DNA of 62,554 nucleotides, the filler included, from Basidiobolus ranarum (Eukaryota), in the NCBI GenBank assembly GCA_040143965.1. It is 34 parts of 34 records of this genome, joined end to end, with 100 filler letters (N's around TTAATTAATTAA, not from the genome) between each part and the next. Parts side by side here need not be neighbours in the genome. Positions count along the whole stretch, not along the records: positions 12,944 to 14,690 come from JASJQH010011295.1; positions 14,791 to 16,537 come from JASJQH010011296.1; positions 16,638 to 18,383 come from JASJQH010011297.1; positions 18,484 to 20,229 come from JASJQH010011298.1; positions 20,330 to 22,074 come from JASJQH010011299.1; positions 22,175 to 23,919 come from JASJQH010011300.1; positions 24,020 to 25,763 come from JASJQH010011301.1; 27 more parts are not named here. One strand, 5' to 3'. The position numbers were made by a program, and so were the translations under genes. The stretch's first letter is position 1. The number at the start of each line of letters is the position of its first letter. The notes below the pieces were generated by a model. That model did not search any database and was not told where the DNA came from. It saw only the letters and a program-made list of their open reading frames with translations. Positions 13,032-25,763 of the stretch are shown piece by piece.

Positions 13032-14690
13032 ATTGGTTTTCTTACACTTTTACCACAGTTGATTGGCAACTGTAGCTTGCCACAGACCTGGGACAAGTGG
13101 AAAACACTTGTCAATTTTATGACTTATAATCCTTAAGTAATTAAACTACCTTCATGTCCAAATGGTTGTTTGGCTTGCACCAGTGATCCAAAAAACTTGA
13201 AGTCATGTACTGTTTGCACACAATTGGCAATCACTGAATCATATAAATAATGATCATATTTGGCTTACATACCATTGATACCCCATCTTAAAGTTTTGAT
13301 GAAATCACCCAAATATAGATCATGGATCCAATACCAAAGAACTCTCTGTAAAGTTGATGGTATTACTAACATACTTGATGGATATCACTACCAGAATCCT
13401 AAAAGTCAAGGTTTCTTTGAGAACATGTATGATAATGCATTTGCATTGGCTCTGGATGGTTTCTCACTGAACAAATATACCATTTCAAAGGCTTGTTGGC
13501 CAATAATTTTAATCAACTTACATCTTCCTCTGTCTGAAAGGTATAAGAGTCATAGTATTTAATACTATCCATCATAGCTGGACCTAAATCACCAGTGCTT
13601 ATAGATAGCTTCTTGGAGCATTTGATTGCAGATTTTGAATGGTTATCTAATGGGGTTCAGATGGGTGAATATTCTATTAAAGCTAATATCATTGAATGTA
13701 TTGGTGACACTCCTACCATCAGTAAACATGGAGCTTTTCATGGGCACAATGCATTATCTTGCTGTAGATATTTTCAAATCAATGGAGTTTACTCTAACAG
13801 GCATCTGCATTACTAATATCCAAATACAACAATAAACTTCATGATTTTATAATCAAGAGCCCAGTCAGATTTCAATATAATCATTGATATTAACTTACCA
13901 AGTGGTCAGTCTAACATCAAACTTGGTATTAGCTGTAAACCTAAGATTATGTTGCTAAAGAGGATCAGCTGGAGCCAGAGCTTCCCATTAGGCACTATGT
14001 GCTTGCTATTCAACAACATTTCAATACTACTTACTCAGCTATATAGTGAAAAATTCAATATGAATGAGCCATCTGAGACAGGATCAAAGTTTGAATTGAT
14101 TGGAAAATGCTTGAAAACATCAAGATACCATCATATTTTACCAGAACTCCCATCAATATCCACTCATCTAGGCATTTATTCAAACACAAAGACTGGAAGT
14201 ATTGGATTTGTATATATTCAGGTGGAATTTTGAAAAGATTTCTGCCTGCTAAGTATTGGGAATATTGGGAGTTATTTGTGGATATTGTTAATATGTTCTT
14301 ATGGCATCAACTCACATTAGCAGATCTCTTGCAGATATAGTAACGGTGTATAGATTTTGTAATTTGATATGAAAAACTTTATCACAGGTTCAAAGAAGAT
14401 AGACTGAATCTATGCTGGTATTCTATACATATATACAAAGCCTAAAATAACCAAATAAAGGCATGCATATTAATTGGAATTTCTACAGCAGTAAACCCAG
14501 TAATTTGCAATTAAAAAATTAGTTTTTTGCAAAAATTGCCGGATACTGAATAATGCATGCCAATTTTAAGGATCAATATTTTAATATATATGAATACCAT
14601 CAAAATACCATCAAGAAACCATCATCACACCATCAAAATCCCTGGCAGAATGCAAGCCACCAATATTGTGATGGTTCTCTGATGGTTTTG
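13032..14690 (+). mobile_element. CACTA/CMC transposase pseudogene with an internal deletion and right subterminal region
   Basis: YIPLIP, ALDGF, IGDTP, CCRYF, GTMC and KDWKYW motifs. Confidence 0.9.
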
Positions 14691-14790
14691 NNNNNNNNNN
14701 NNNNNNNNNNNNNNNNNNNNNNNNNNNNNNNNNNTTAATTAATTAANNNNNNNNNNNNNNNNNNNNNNNNNNNNNNNNNNNNNNNNNNNN

Positions 14791-16537
14791 TTGGGCTGAA
14801 TCTGTCTCCACTGCAGTCTATATCAAAAACAGATGCCCAACAAGATTGCTACAAAATTCTACTCCATTTGAAGCCCTATATGGATCAAAACCAAGTGTGG
14901 ATCATCTCAGGATCTTTGGTTGCACAGCATATTGCCTAATTCCAGCTCAAAAATGCTCAAAATTGGAACCCAAAAGCAGAAAATGCATATTTCTTGGTTA
15001 CTGTGATGGATCCAAGGCCTACAGACTGTTTGATACCAAAAATCAGAAGTTAATTAAGTGCAGAGATGTGATTTTTGATGAAAAAGCAAATTTTTCACCT
15101 CAAATCACAGTTCTTGATCCAGAAAACACAATCAGCACTATCAAGGAAGTGTCTGATGGAACTCCAGCTGTATCTGAGCCCCACTCAGCCCAAACTCCAG
15201 TCCCAATAACATCAGAGGATGATTTAGGCCCTAGAAGATCATCCAGAAGGAGGAATAAGCCAGGAAACTGTTGAAATCTATCCAATAATGATTTATATGC
15301 GTATGCAGCATTCTGTGATGAGCTCCAGACTCTAGATCAAGCTCTGGGGTGTCCAGTATCCAAATTATGTGAAAAAGCAATGTTAGATGAGTTTTCTTCA
15401 CTTCAGGACAGCACAACATTAGTTTTAGGTCCTCTTCCATCAGGGAGAGTGCCAAGAGGCTGCAAATGGGGCTACAGAGTCAAAAACCCAACTGATGGTG
15501 CCATAGAAAGGTACAAAGCAAGATTAGGCACAAAAGGCTACTCCCAGATGCCAGGAGCTGATTTTAAACAAGCCTTTGCTCCAGTAGCTAGGTTTAGCTC
15601 CATTGGATCAATCCTTGCACTCTCCGCTGTCTGTAACCCTCATTTACATCAAATGGATGTAAAATTAGCCTTTCTGAATGGAAATCTCAAAGAAGAGATC
15701 TATATGGAGCAACTAGATGGATTTGTTGGTTGAAAACATTCTGATATTGTCTGTATGCTGGAAGAATTGCTATGTGGACTCAGGCAAACACCCAGGGCAT
15801 GGTACAACAAGATAGATACCTATTTGCAACTACCAGAATTCTGAAAATGAATAGCAGATCACAGTATCTACATCAAAATAACCGGAAATTGGATCCATAT
15901 CTTGGCACTGTATATGGATGACTTAATCATAGTCACAAATGATTGAAGAGCACTAAATCAAACAAAAAGCAGCTTATCAAACCAATTTCAGATGACCAAT
16001 ATTGGAGAATCAAGTTATTTTCTTGGAATCCAAATCAAGAGAGATAAACCCAATCAGAAAATCATGCTGAATCAGTCTAGATACATCCTAGATATCCTAC
16101 AATGCCTCAACATGGAGAATAGCAAGCCTGTATCAACACCAATGGATTCCAATGTTCAGTTATTCAAAATTTCATCTGATTTGGCCCAAAAAGACTGAAA
16201 TTAAAGCCAGGGGCTCCCTTATCAATCCAAGGTGGCAAGTTTAATGTATGCAATGGTTGGAAAACATCCAGATATTGCTGTGGAAGTGGGAACTGTCAGC
16301 CAATATCCCAAAATCCAGGATCTGCACACAAAAATGCAGTAAAACAATTATTCAGATTTTGGAGAGGAACCGTAGATCAAGTACTGGAATATTCTGCCAC
16401 TCCTGATGCATGAATTTTTGAAGGCTACAGTGATGCAGACTGGGGAAGAAACCTTGATGATAGATGATCACCAACTGGATACTCTTTTCTCTAAGATAAT
16501 GAAGCCATAACTTGGAATAGTAAGAAGCAACTAACCA
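14791..16537 (+). mobile_element. Ty1/copia pol remnant (integrase end, RT, RNase H start)
   Basis: LRIFGC, CIFLGYC, YKARL, HQMDVKLAFLNG, YFLGIQI and GYSDADW, with many stops. Confidence 0.97.
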
Positions 16538-16637
16538 NNNNNNNNNNNNNNNNNNNNNNNNNNNNNNNNNNNNNNNNNNNNTTAATTAATTAANNNNNNN
16601 NNNNNNNNNNNNNNNNNNNNNNNNNNNNNNNNNNNNN

Positions 16638-16767
16638 ATCTAATTGATATTTCTATCAATTAGAGCAATAAACACACGTTTTTGAATGACAGAATTGAGT
16701 ACTAAATAATCAGAATATGAATAAACTAGCTACTAAATAATGAGTTGCTATTTACCTAATTTCAACA
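16638..16767 (-). mobile_element. LTR, copia family C (partial); other copies at 26474-26815, 36779-36818, 49798-50064
   Basis: Shared sequence ending TTTCAACA. The 49798 copy adjoins a polypurine tract and RNase H. Confidence 0.8.
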
Positions 16768-18331
16768 GGAATTTTGATTTTGAGTCCACTAAGACACAAT
16801 TAAAGTCACATTTTCCCTTGTATGGACTGGAAGCAACTGTTGCAGCTTCAACTTTAGAGACAAAAGATGTTCAAAATTGATCTTTACCACTACTCAATGA
16901 GACTTTGCAGCAATTGTTGATGGAGGTTGCTGAGTTCAAAACTCATTTCAGAACATTATGGCAAGAGTAATCATCAGAGATGAAAGAGAAAAGCCAGACA
17001 ATTTATTGAATCAGAAGATATTCCCAAAAGTAAATCGGAGCAGTCTAGACCATTGCACAGTCATACTAGATCACCTCAAGTCAAAGAGACTCCTGACAAA
17101 GTATCTTTTTACAAGAAGAATCTACACAACTTGCTTCTAGAATTGAGGTAATGTCTCCAACAAGGGCAAGAGCCTAATGAGTTGGTTCATCATCTAGTAG
17201 TACACATCAACAGCAACACCAGCTTGGAAGAGTCTGTGATGTTACTCTCACTTTTGATGAGGAGCAAGCAGCTGATGATGTGCCAGAAAGAGTAAGGCCT
17301 GCATTCTCATGCATCATAGCATGCAATTTACCTGATTCAACCAAACCAACCTGTGAGCTTGTTACATCTGGAGAAGTCTCAGCTCCAAGGAGCATGCCAC
17401 CAGAACAACATACCAGTTTCTTGTGTACTATCACACAACAGCAATAAAGGCCAATCACAAGAATTGTTGAGCCTTCCACTTTGTTGGATGAAGATCAGAC
17501 ACCTAAGAGCAATCTACTAAGACAGTGATCCATTACAATGCATAGCCCTATGATACAAAGACAATGGGTGCTTGAGAGAGATAGTGAAGCTCTTACTGAG
17601 CTTGAAGAAGCCACAACAGTTGAACACAACCTCAAGGTAGACAATATGCTCCAATGCATTCCATCATGCAACAGAGGTCACAGTAGCTAGTCCAAAAAGA
17701 TGAAGCTTCTACCATGGTTGAAGAGGCAAGAACTCCCAAGTGCAAACCTCAAGGTAGATGACTTGCTCAAACACATACTGCCATGCAACCATGGCTGTGG
17801 CCAGTCAAAAAAGATGAAGCCTCTACTGTGGTTGAAGAGGCAAGAACTGCCAAACACAAACCTCAAGGTAGATTTGTCACCAATGAGCCAAACCTACTGG
17901 TGTTTTGTAATGCAGGAGCTGTTGAGCCCAATTGAAAATCAGGATATTGTGTTAATGAGGGACAGATGATTGGCCTAGAAACATGTGAATGTCTTAGTTA
18001 TACATTTGATTGGGTAAGTTACATTTTAAATTGTTTATTGTTAAACATTCAGTAATTCATAAGTTACAAATTAGGAGATGAACATGTTTTGTCAGGTTAC
18101 CCAGTATCTGAATTTGGCCATACTAAATTGGGTAACTTGGTACAGACTGGCATGTTATCTCCAAAAAAATCATTGTGTCTGATTGTGGTGGGATAGTACC
18201 ATATTGTTTCTCAGAGTGTCTGATAAAGTGTTATAGGATGCAGCCATGGAATTGACAGAATGTGCCGGATGGTGTACTAGCAGGCTGGATTAAGTGGCAC
18301 AATCTGACCTGGTCCAATGGAACAAGTCTAG
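16768..18331 (+). mobile_element. Unclassified repeat family F, possibly Helitron-like, 3' end ...GGAACAAGTCTAG
   Basis: Homologous pieces at 40209-40500, 46763-47200, 26876-27240 and 11097-11131. It contains a ~120-bp internal repeat (17570-17870) and ends CTAG|T. Confidence 0.5.
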
Positions 18332-18483
18332 TGTATATGCCAAATATGAACAATGTTTACTTGATTCAGGCAATTTTGTGCACNNNNNNNNNNNNNNNNN
18401 NNNNNNNNNNNNNNNNNNNNNNNNNNNTTAATTAATTAANNNNNNNNNNNNNNNNNNNNNNNNNNNNNNNNNNNNNNNNNNNN

Positions 18484-19412
18484 ACCTTCCTTTCTGCTTA
18501 CCACCTTTGCACCTTAACACTATATTTACATCCTCTGAGCTTGATTACATTGGTCATCAGGTTAAGTATGGATATGATTCAGTATTGTCACAATTTCTCA
18601 AAAGATTGATGTCTTGATTGTCACTTTGCTTAGATTAGTATTTAAGCTAAGTAAAGTCTACACCATCTGGTGCTTTTCATCCCCCTAAGAATCAGATTTG
18701 GACTATATTATATCAAAGCTTCTTGTACAAATCCACTCAGAGACTTAGTAGCAGCAATTGAATGCAAGACAGTTATTGCTTGTCCAACCTCACTTGTGAT
18801 AGCAAAAATTCATAAGCCAGATGGATTTCAGAAGTATCTCAAAGAAAATGAAAAACATGCCCCTGGTATTCTAGTTCCTCACACAACAGCTATGGCTGAG
18901 AGAAAATCACAAAACATCTCAAGAGTCTTTAGCAAAAGAGATAGAGTAGGAAAGATAGCAGCAACTAGTAGACACTCACATAGCCATGCAGATGTATTTT
19001 TATATATTAACAATACATTCTTTTCCTTTCAGGCAATCTGGTAGCAAATGAATACACTGTGCATAGGATCCAAATGCCCCAGGTGTCAGCAATATTTCTA
19101 CTTTAATCAAGCTGAAAAGTGCTTTGGCTTCAAGGATACTGATGCCCTTTTTCAGTTCCATAGTCAAAAAGCACAAAAGTTAAGGCTGGCAGCCTTGATT
19201 TGGGCCATCAGACCTGAGTTGTTATGAATATTCCATTGAAGTGTAAGTTATATAAATCTAAGAATCTCCCTTTCCATATCAAGCTGTTTTCATGCAATTG
19301 ACAAAATTTTGGTACATATATCCCCACAAGATTAATAGTTCTTTCCCTATAATAAATTTGTAATCACAATATGATATTCCCAATAAAGATTCTGAAAGCC
19401 TAACCCTAAGTT
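18484..19412 (+). mobile_element. Decayed non-LTR (LINE-like) 3' region ending AATAAAGATTC...CCTAACCCTAA
   Basis: C-terminal Cys-rich remnant (MNTLCIGSKCPRCQQYF..C). The terminal motif is shared with the LINE at 37985-38659. Confidence 0.45.
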
Positions 19413-19779
19413 AAGAGCAGTCATAGGTTTTAGTAAATATAAGGACAATGCCAAATAAAAATTGAAGGATGGTATAGGATAAAAAATCTTTCTTCAACAT
19501 CTTGATTAGTTGTTTTATGACACATATACCAGAAACAGAAAGCAAATTATCTATAACCTCTATATCCAAATTAGTAATATCTCTATATGTATGTAACATG
19601 TGTGCATTAGTACCCCCACTTTTCTGTTTTATTTTATTACACAAAGTCCCAACTATCTCAAACAATTCATTTACTTCTGTATTATATCAATGACCATATT
19701 CACTTAATAATAAAGTAACTAAAACACTATTCTAAGTTGCCTCTGAAACAAAGTCTACCCTATTATGCCAAGATCATCA

Positions 19780-20192
19780 CACAGAAAAGTTCCAGAAAGT
19801 TGAGAGGTAGACATTATGGGGAATGCAAGCTTGGGGCTCAGAACCTGTTAAAGTATTTGGGAGCCTTTTGGAAGTGGTTTGGAGAATCAGCAAAATTGGT
19901 AGTTTTCACTTACTGATTTAATATGTTGAAAGTTAACATTTGTAGTTTTGTCAAGATGTAAGCAAACTAGCATGTAGAAGGTTTTAAGGAAGGTCCCAGG
20001 AATCTGTGTGCAAAGTTTGGGGCTTCTAGCACAAGTTTAACAATCCATATAGCTGAGAACTTGTAAGTCTGTAAAAATATTCTAATTATATTCCAATTGG
20101 GAATCATGGGAAGTTTCCTGGTGAAATACAGGATACCTAATAACTAAGTTATATATGACTATATAGATGTTGCAGCAATGCTAATTTCAACA
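19780..20192 (-). mobile_element. Copia family A 5' LTR (19846-20192), PBS and gag start
   Basis: On the minus strand the LTR is followed by GGTTCTGAGCCC (19834-19845). Confidence 0.85.
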
Positions 20193-20329
20193 CAAAAAGA
20201 TGATTTTAGTGTGCCTAAAGTAGCTTTACNNNNNNNNNNNNNNNNNNNNNNNNNNNNNNNNNNNNNNNNNNNNTTAATTAATTAANNNNNNNNNNNNNNN
20301 NNNNNNNNNNNNNNNNNNNNNNNNNNNNN

Positions 20330-21540
20330 TCTAACCCCATTATGTCAAGATCCTCCAACATGGTAGCAGCAAGTGAACAAGAGTCTTCTTCCCAAAAGGA
20401 GATTACTAATTTTCCAACATTCAATGGGGAAGATTTCCATGAATGGAAATTCAAGATGCAACTTGTGCTCAAAGGGAAACATATCTGGGAAGTAGTTAAA
20501 CCAGATGAAGAAGAAGAAACATCTCAAGAAGAAATTATAGATTCAGATACTGAAACAAAGAAGCCAACACATAAAGAAGCCAGGGCAGCCTATGTCAAGA
20601 AGAATTTAAAAGGAAAGACAAAGGTCAGCTTGTAGATGAAACAAAAACTGCACAAGCATCTTATTCTCAAAATAGCCAACCAGAATGGAGCACTGTGAAA
20701 TGTTACAAATGTGGAATATTAGGACATATAGCTTGTTACTGCAGATCCAAGAAGAAATGGGTATCAAAGAAAAAGGAAGCATATAACATCACTAAAAGAG
20801 CAAATAAACACTAGGTACTTTTGGCAACCTCTAAATCTGGAAACAACTCTGCTGATGTATGGATTCTAGATTCTGGTGCAAGTGATCATATGTGTCACAA
20901 TAGAGACAGAATTCATGGCTATAAGGAAATAGAACCTCTGGACATCATGGTAGCTAGAAGAAACAAACTGGTTGCGTATGGAATGGGAAAGGTCACACTT
21001 GACTTACAAATAAGTAAAACCCAAAGTGTAACAGTAACCTTGGAAGATGTCTTATATATTCCATCATTTGTAACAAATCTGTTTTCAATTGGAGCAATTG
21101 AAAAGAAACATTATGATGTTGAACTCAGCCAAGGAAAAGCAACCATATACAAATCACAGGACTTGATAGTAGCAACTGGAACCAGAAGTGGAAATCTATA
21201 TCACCTGGATATTGCACTGATAATGGAGACTGTTTCTAACTTTGCAACAATTACTTCTGAAAACTTCATGACTTGGCATCAGTGCTTGGGTCATTGAAGC
21301 TATAATAGAGTGAAACTATTATATAAAAGTAGCCTATGTACTGGACTGGATCTTTAGGCCTCAGAATTTACTAAATGTGAAAGCAGTATTCAAGGGAAAT
21401 CACCAGAAAACCATTTCCAAAAGAAGGAGCTAGCAAAGCCAAAGATTTATTGGATCTTATTAATACAGACATATGTGACCCAATGCAAACTCTGTCACCA
21501 AGTAAGTGATGATATTTACTCATCTTAATTGATGATAAAT
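20330..21540 (+). mobile_element. Copia family D: LTR end, PBS TGGTAGCAG (20361), gag, protease and integrase start
   Basis: FNGEDFHEWKFKMQLVL (gag), CYKCGILGHIACYC zinc knuckle, WILDSGASDHM protease, WHQCLGH. Other family D LTR pieces lie at 19520-19780, 31394-31590, 55106-55212 and 57149-57382. Confidence 0.95.
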
Positions 21541-22074
21541 TGTTGAAGTTTATTGTCTTTATCATATTTGTTATCTCTATCTTTATAGACCTAACTATTT
21601 CATATATCACATATAAGTTAGTTAACAATACTTAGTAAAATATCACTTAGCTGAAAATCGGAACATATATTATATATATGTGATTAATGTGAGAATCAGC
21701 AATTCCATATTGCAAATTTCAAACTTGTCCAAAATTACCCTAAAGTTAGCTCATTTTACTCCCACAGATGTTCTGAACACAACCCCAGTATTAGTTTTCT
21801 GTATTTCCACCAAAATGTATAAATGCTTTATTTCTGGAAAATCAATAACTATATCACAAAGCTATTCACAACTCCACTTTTCTAAAGTTCCTCCAAACAG
21901 CCCATATTTTCCCAACAGGCTATGTGCCCCATGTTCTATCCTTTACAGCATGACAGAAACCACTACTACCACTTCTATCCACTCAAGTGTTGAAAAGCTT
22001 AAGGGAGAAAATTAAAATTTCTGGAAGTTCAAGATGCAAATCATGCTGGAAGACAGGCAGCTTTGGGATGTAGT
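21541..22074 (+). mobile_element. Copia family B 5' LTR (21541-21917), PBS and gag start, nested in the family D integrase
   Basis: TGTTGAAG...CCCAACA, then GGCTATGTGCCC, then MTETTTTTSIHSSVEKLKGEN*NFWKFKMQIMLEDRQLWDVV. Confidence 0.9.
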
Positions 22075-22174
22075 NNNNNNNNNNNNNNNNNNNNNNNNNN
22101 NNNNNNNNNNNNNNNNNNTTAATTAATTAANNNNNNNNNNNNNNNNNNNNNNNNNNNNNNNNNNNNNNNNNNNN

Positions 22175-23919
22175 TAATGCTTCATCATTACTTGAGTTAG
22201 TTGTGGCAGGTTAATGCCTTCCAAAGTGGATAGTTGATCACTAGGCTGCTCATCAATTGAGTCCTCTGTTCTTGCTGGTTTTTTTCCTTTCCTGCCAGCA
22301 GGCTTTGGCTTCAAAGCCAATTTTGACTTGGATTTTGAACACGTTTTCAATGGTATTGAAATTTTCAGATGGTAAACTTGGTGTAATGAAATTGCTTAGA
22401 TACAGCTTATGATAAACCAAAATTGCCATTCATTACCGCATATATCTTGTAAATCCTCTGATAACTCATCTGTGGCACCATCTCAAAATCAGCTGATGAT
22501 ATTGATGGGCTATACCCAAAATAACACCCTTAGGTAGGACATATTCTTTTTTCTACAATATCCTTCTCATGCCGCCACAAAAATGTTTCAAGAAGCCCTG
22601 CTATTTTTGTCACAGATTCTTGTTCTACAAAAGCCGGAGGCTTCATAGAAAAAATAATCACAAGCACAGTCACTGTACAAAGCCACCAGCTGCACAAAAC
22701 CTTGTGTATAACAACAGTAATAAGTGCACTAAATTGACTTCAGTTTTGCCTCTTTAGTCCACTGACTGTAGTTTACCTCAAAGTTTTGGTAACACTGCAA
22801 AAAGTCAAGATACCGTGGAGTTACCACAGTTATATGATCAGAATGATATTGGTAAAAATTCAACTTTGGTCCAACCAGTAAGTCCAGACAACTTTAAAGA
22901 CTTGCTGCAAGATGTTGACCTTGGTTATTCCAGTACTGATGGTGGTATATCAGAAGTTGAAGAAGAAGACAACAGTTCTGTTATAGACTCTTTGATATTG
23001 GCAACATTAGTGCACTAATAACACTTACAGTAAAGGTAGCAGCTTTGATTATTGGGGAGTTGAGAGTTCAATTCTATCTTAGCAACCAGGTGTTTATTGG
23101 TTTTCTTACACTTTTACCACAGTTGATTGGCAACTGTTACTTGCTACAGACCTGGTACAAGTGGAAAACACTTGTCATCATATGACTTTTAATACTTCAG
23201 TAATTAAACTGCTTTCATGTCCAAATGGTTATTTGGCTTTCACCAGTTATCTGAAAAACCCAAAGTCATGTACTGTTCGCACACAATTGGCAATCACTGA
23301 ATCAGGTACTTATTGTTCATATTTGGCTTACATACCATTGATTCCCCATCTTAAAGTTTTGATGAAATCATCCAAATATAGGTCATTGATCCAATACCAA
23401 AGTACTCACCATAAAGCTGATGGTATTGCCAATATACTTGATGGATATCACTACCAGAATCTGAAAAGTTAAGGTTTCTTTGAGAACACATATGATCATG
23501 CATTTGCATTGGCTCTGGCTGGTTTCTCACCAAACAAATATACCGTTGGAAAGGCTTGCTGGCCAATAATTTTAATTGACTTAAATCTTCCTCCTTCTGA
23601 ATGGTATAAGAGTCATAATATTTTGATACTTTCCATCATATCTGGACCTAAATCACCAATGCTTATAGATAGCTTCTTGGAGCCTTTGATTGCGAAATTT
23701 GAACGGTTATCTAATGGGGTTCAGATGAGTGAGTATTTTATTACAGCTAATATCATTGTATGTATTGGTGACACTCCTGCCATCAGTAAGCTTGGAGGCT
23801 TTTGCAGGCACTATGCACTATCTTGCTGTAGATTTTGTCAAATCAATGGAGTTTACTCTAACAGGCATACACATTACTACTATCCAAATACAACTCTAAA
23901 CTTCATGATTTTACTGTCA
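22175..23919 (+). mobile_element. CACTA/CMC central region: transposase 5' half (ATG 22569, +) and divergent second ORF (22350 and leftwards, -)
   Basis: MPPQKCFKKPCYFCH leads on to YIPLIP, CWPIIL, IGDTPA and CCRFC. The minus ORF KPKPAGRKGKKPARTE is homologous to 34062+. Confidence 0.85.
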
Positions 23920-24251
23920 NNNNNNNNNNNNNNNNNNNNNNNNNNNNNNNNNNNNNNNNNNNNTTAATTAATTAANNNNNNNNNNNNNNNNNNNNNNNNN
24001 NNNNNNNNNNNNNNNNNNNCCTAAAGTTTAGTAATGATTTGTCCAGTAGTTCTGGAGATATTTGCATTTCTTTGCTTGTTTCGGTGATTGTGAGACGTGT
24101 AGGAAAGGTGTAGATATGAAACTGGGTGACTGGCAAGGTTTGCTTATGTGCTTTATGTGTACGAAATATTGTGTTGATTGAGACATTATGTTGTCTCCAA
24201 AATTGCCATCGCTTTTGTCTGATAATCCAATTTCGTAACAATAGCATACAA

Positions 24252-24324
24252 GGACTGGTAGCTCAGTCGTTAGAGCACCTTGCTAGAGTGAAGGAGGCCC
24301 CAGGTTCAAATCCTGGCCAGACCA
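24252..24324 (+). tRNA. tRNA-like sequence or pseudogene, anticodon AGA with a short variable loop
   Basis: 73-nt cloverleaf: GGACTGG/CCAGACC (one mismatch), GCTC/GAGC, CCTTG-CTAGAGT-GAAGG (one mismatch), CCAGG-TTCAAAT-CCTGG. A and B boxes are intact. Confidence 0.7.
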
Positions 24325-24344
24325 ATATTTCTCTCTAAATAATT

Positions 24345-25763
24345 TCAATAATATCTTAATAATTCACATTGTGCTTTAGCTAGGTTTGTTTTAGATGTCG
24401 GCAATCATATCTTCAGTAGGGAATAGACAAGCTCAATTATATCATTCTCTATTGCTTCTCCAACAAAATGGTGCCTAATATATATATGTTTTGTTCTAGC
24501 ATGAAATGTAGTGCTTTTAGCTAACAAAGTAGAACTTTGATTATATTCAAATACAGTAATAGCACATTTTTTGCTTGTATACCAAGTCTGTAAATAACTT
24601 CCTTACTCACATAGCTTTTGGTGTAGTAGCAGAGGCAGCCATATACCCTGCCTCTGCATTGGAAAGTGCTATGGTTGGCTGCTTCTTACAATTCCAAGTT
24701 ATGGCTCCATTACCCTAGAGAAAAGTGTACCCGGTTGTTGATCTTCTGTCATCAAGATTTCTTCTCCAGTCTGCATCACTGTAGCCTTCAAAGTTTTGTG
24801 CATTAGGAGTGGCAGAGTATTCCCAAACTAGATCTACAGTTCCTCTCAAATACCTGAATATTTGTTTTACTGCACTTCGGTGCTCAAATCCTGGATTTCT
24901 GAGATAATGACTGACAGTTTCCACCACCACAGCAATGTCTGCACATGTTCTAACCATTGTGTATATTATACTACCCACCTTGCATTGATAAGGGAACTCC
25001 TGGCTTTGATTTGAGTCATTATGGGACAAATTGAATGAAATGTTGATTAATTTCACATTGGGATCCATTGGTGCTGTTACAGGCTTGCTATTCTCCATGC
25101 TGAAGCGTTTTGAGATGTCTAGGATGTATCTAGACTGATGCAGCATGATTTTCTGATTGGGGTTATCTCTCTTGATTTGGATTCCAAGAAAATAACTTAA
25201 TTCACCCATATCGGTAATCTGAAATTGGTTTGATAAGCTGCTTTTTGTCTGTCTAAGAGCTTCTATATCATTTGTGGCCATAATCTAGTCATCCACAAAT
25301 ATTGCCAAGATAAGAATCCTATTTCCAGTTGTTTGAAGTAAATACTGTGATCTGCTGTGTATTTTTGGAATTCAAGTGATTCCAAATAGGTATCTATCTT
25401 GTTGAACCATGCCCTGGGTGCCTGCTTAAGTCTGTATAGTGATTTTTGTAGTTTACAGACCACATCAGGACATTTTAGGTCAACAAATCAATCTAGTAGC
25501 TCCATATAGAACTCTTCTTCCAGATTTCCATTCAGAGAGGCTGTTTTTACATCCATTTGATGTAGATCAAAGTTATGGACACCTGACAATGCCAGCATTG
25601 ATCTAATGGAGCTAAACTTAGCTACTGGAGCAAAAGTTTCCTTAAAATCAACTCCTGGAGTCTGGGATTAGCCTTTTGCAACTAATCTTGCTTTGTACCT
25701 TTCTATGGTCCCATCAGCTTGGTTCTTGACTTTGTAACCCACTAGCAATCTATTGGGTTTCTT
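24345..25763 (-). mobile_element. Ty1/copia RT and RNase H remnant
   Basis: LKQAPRAWF, YFLGIQI, GYSDADW..DDRRSTTGY and EDMIAD motifs. Confidence 0.95.
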
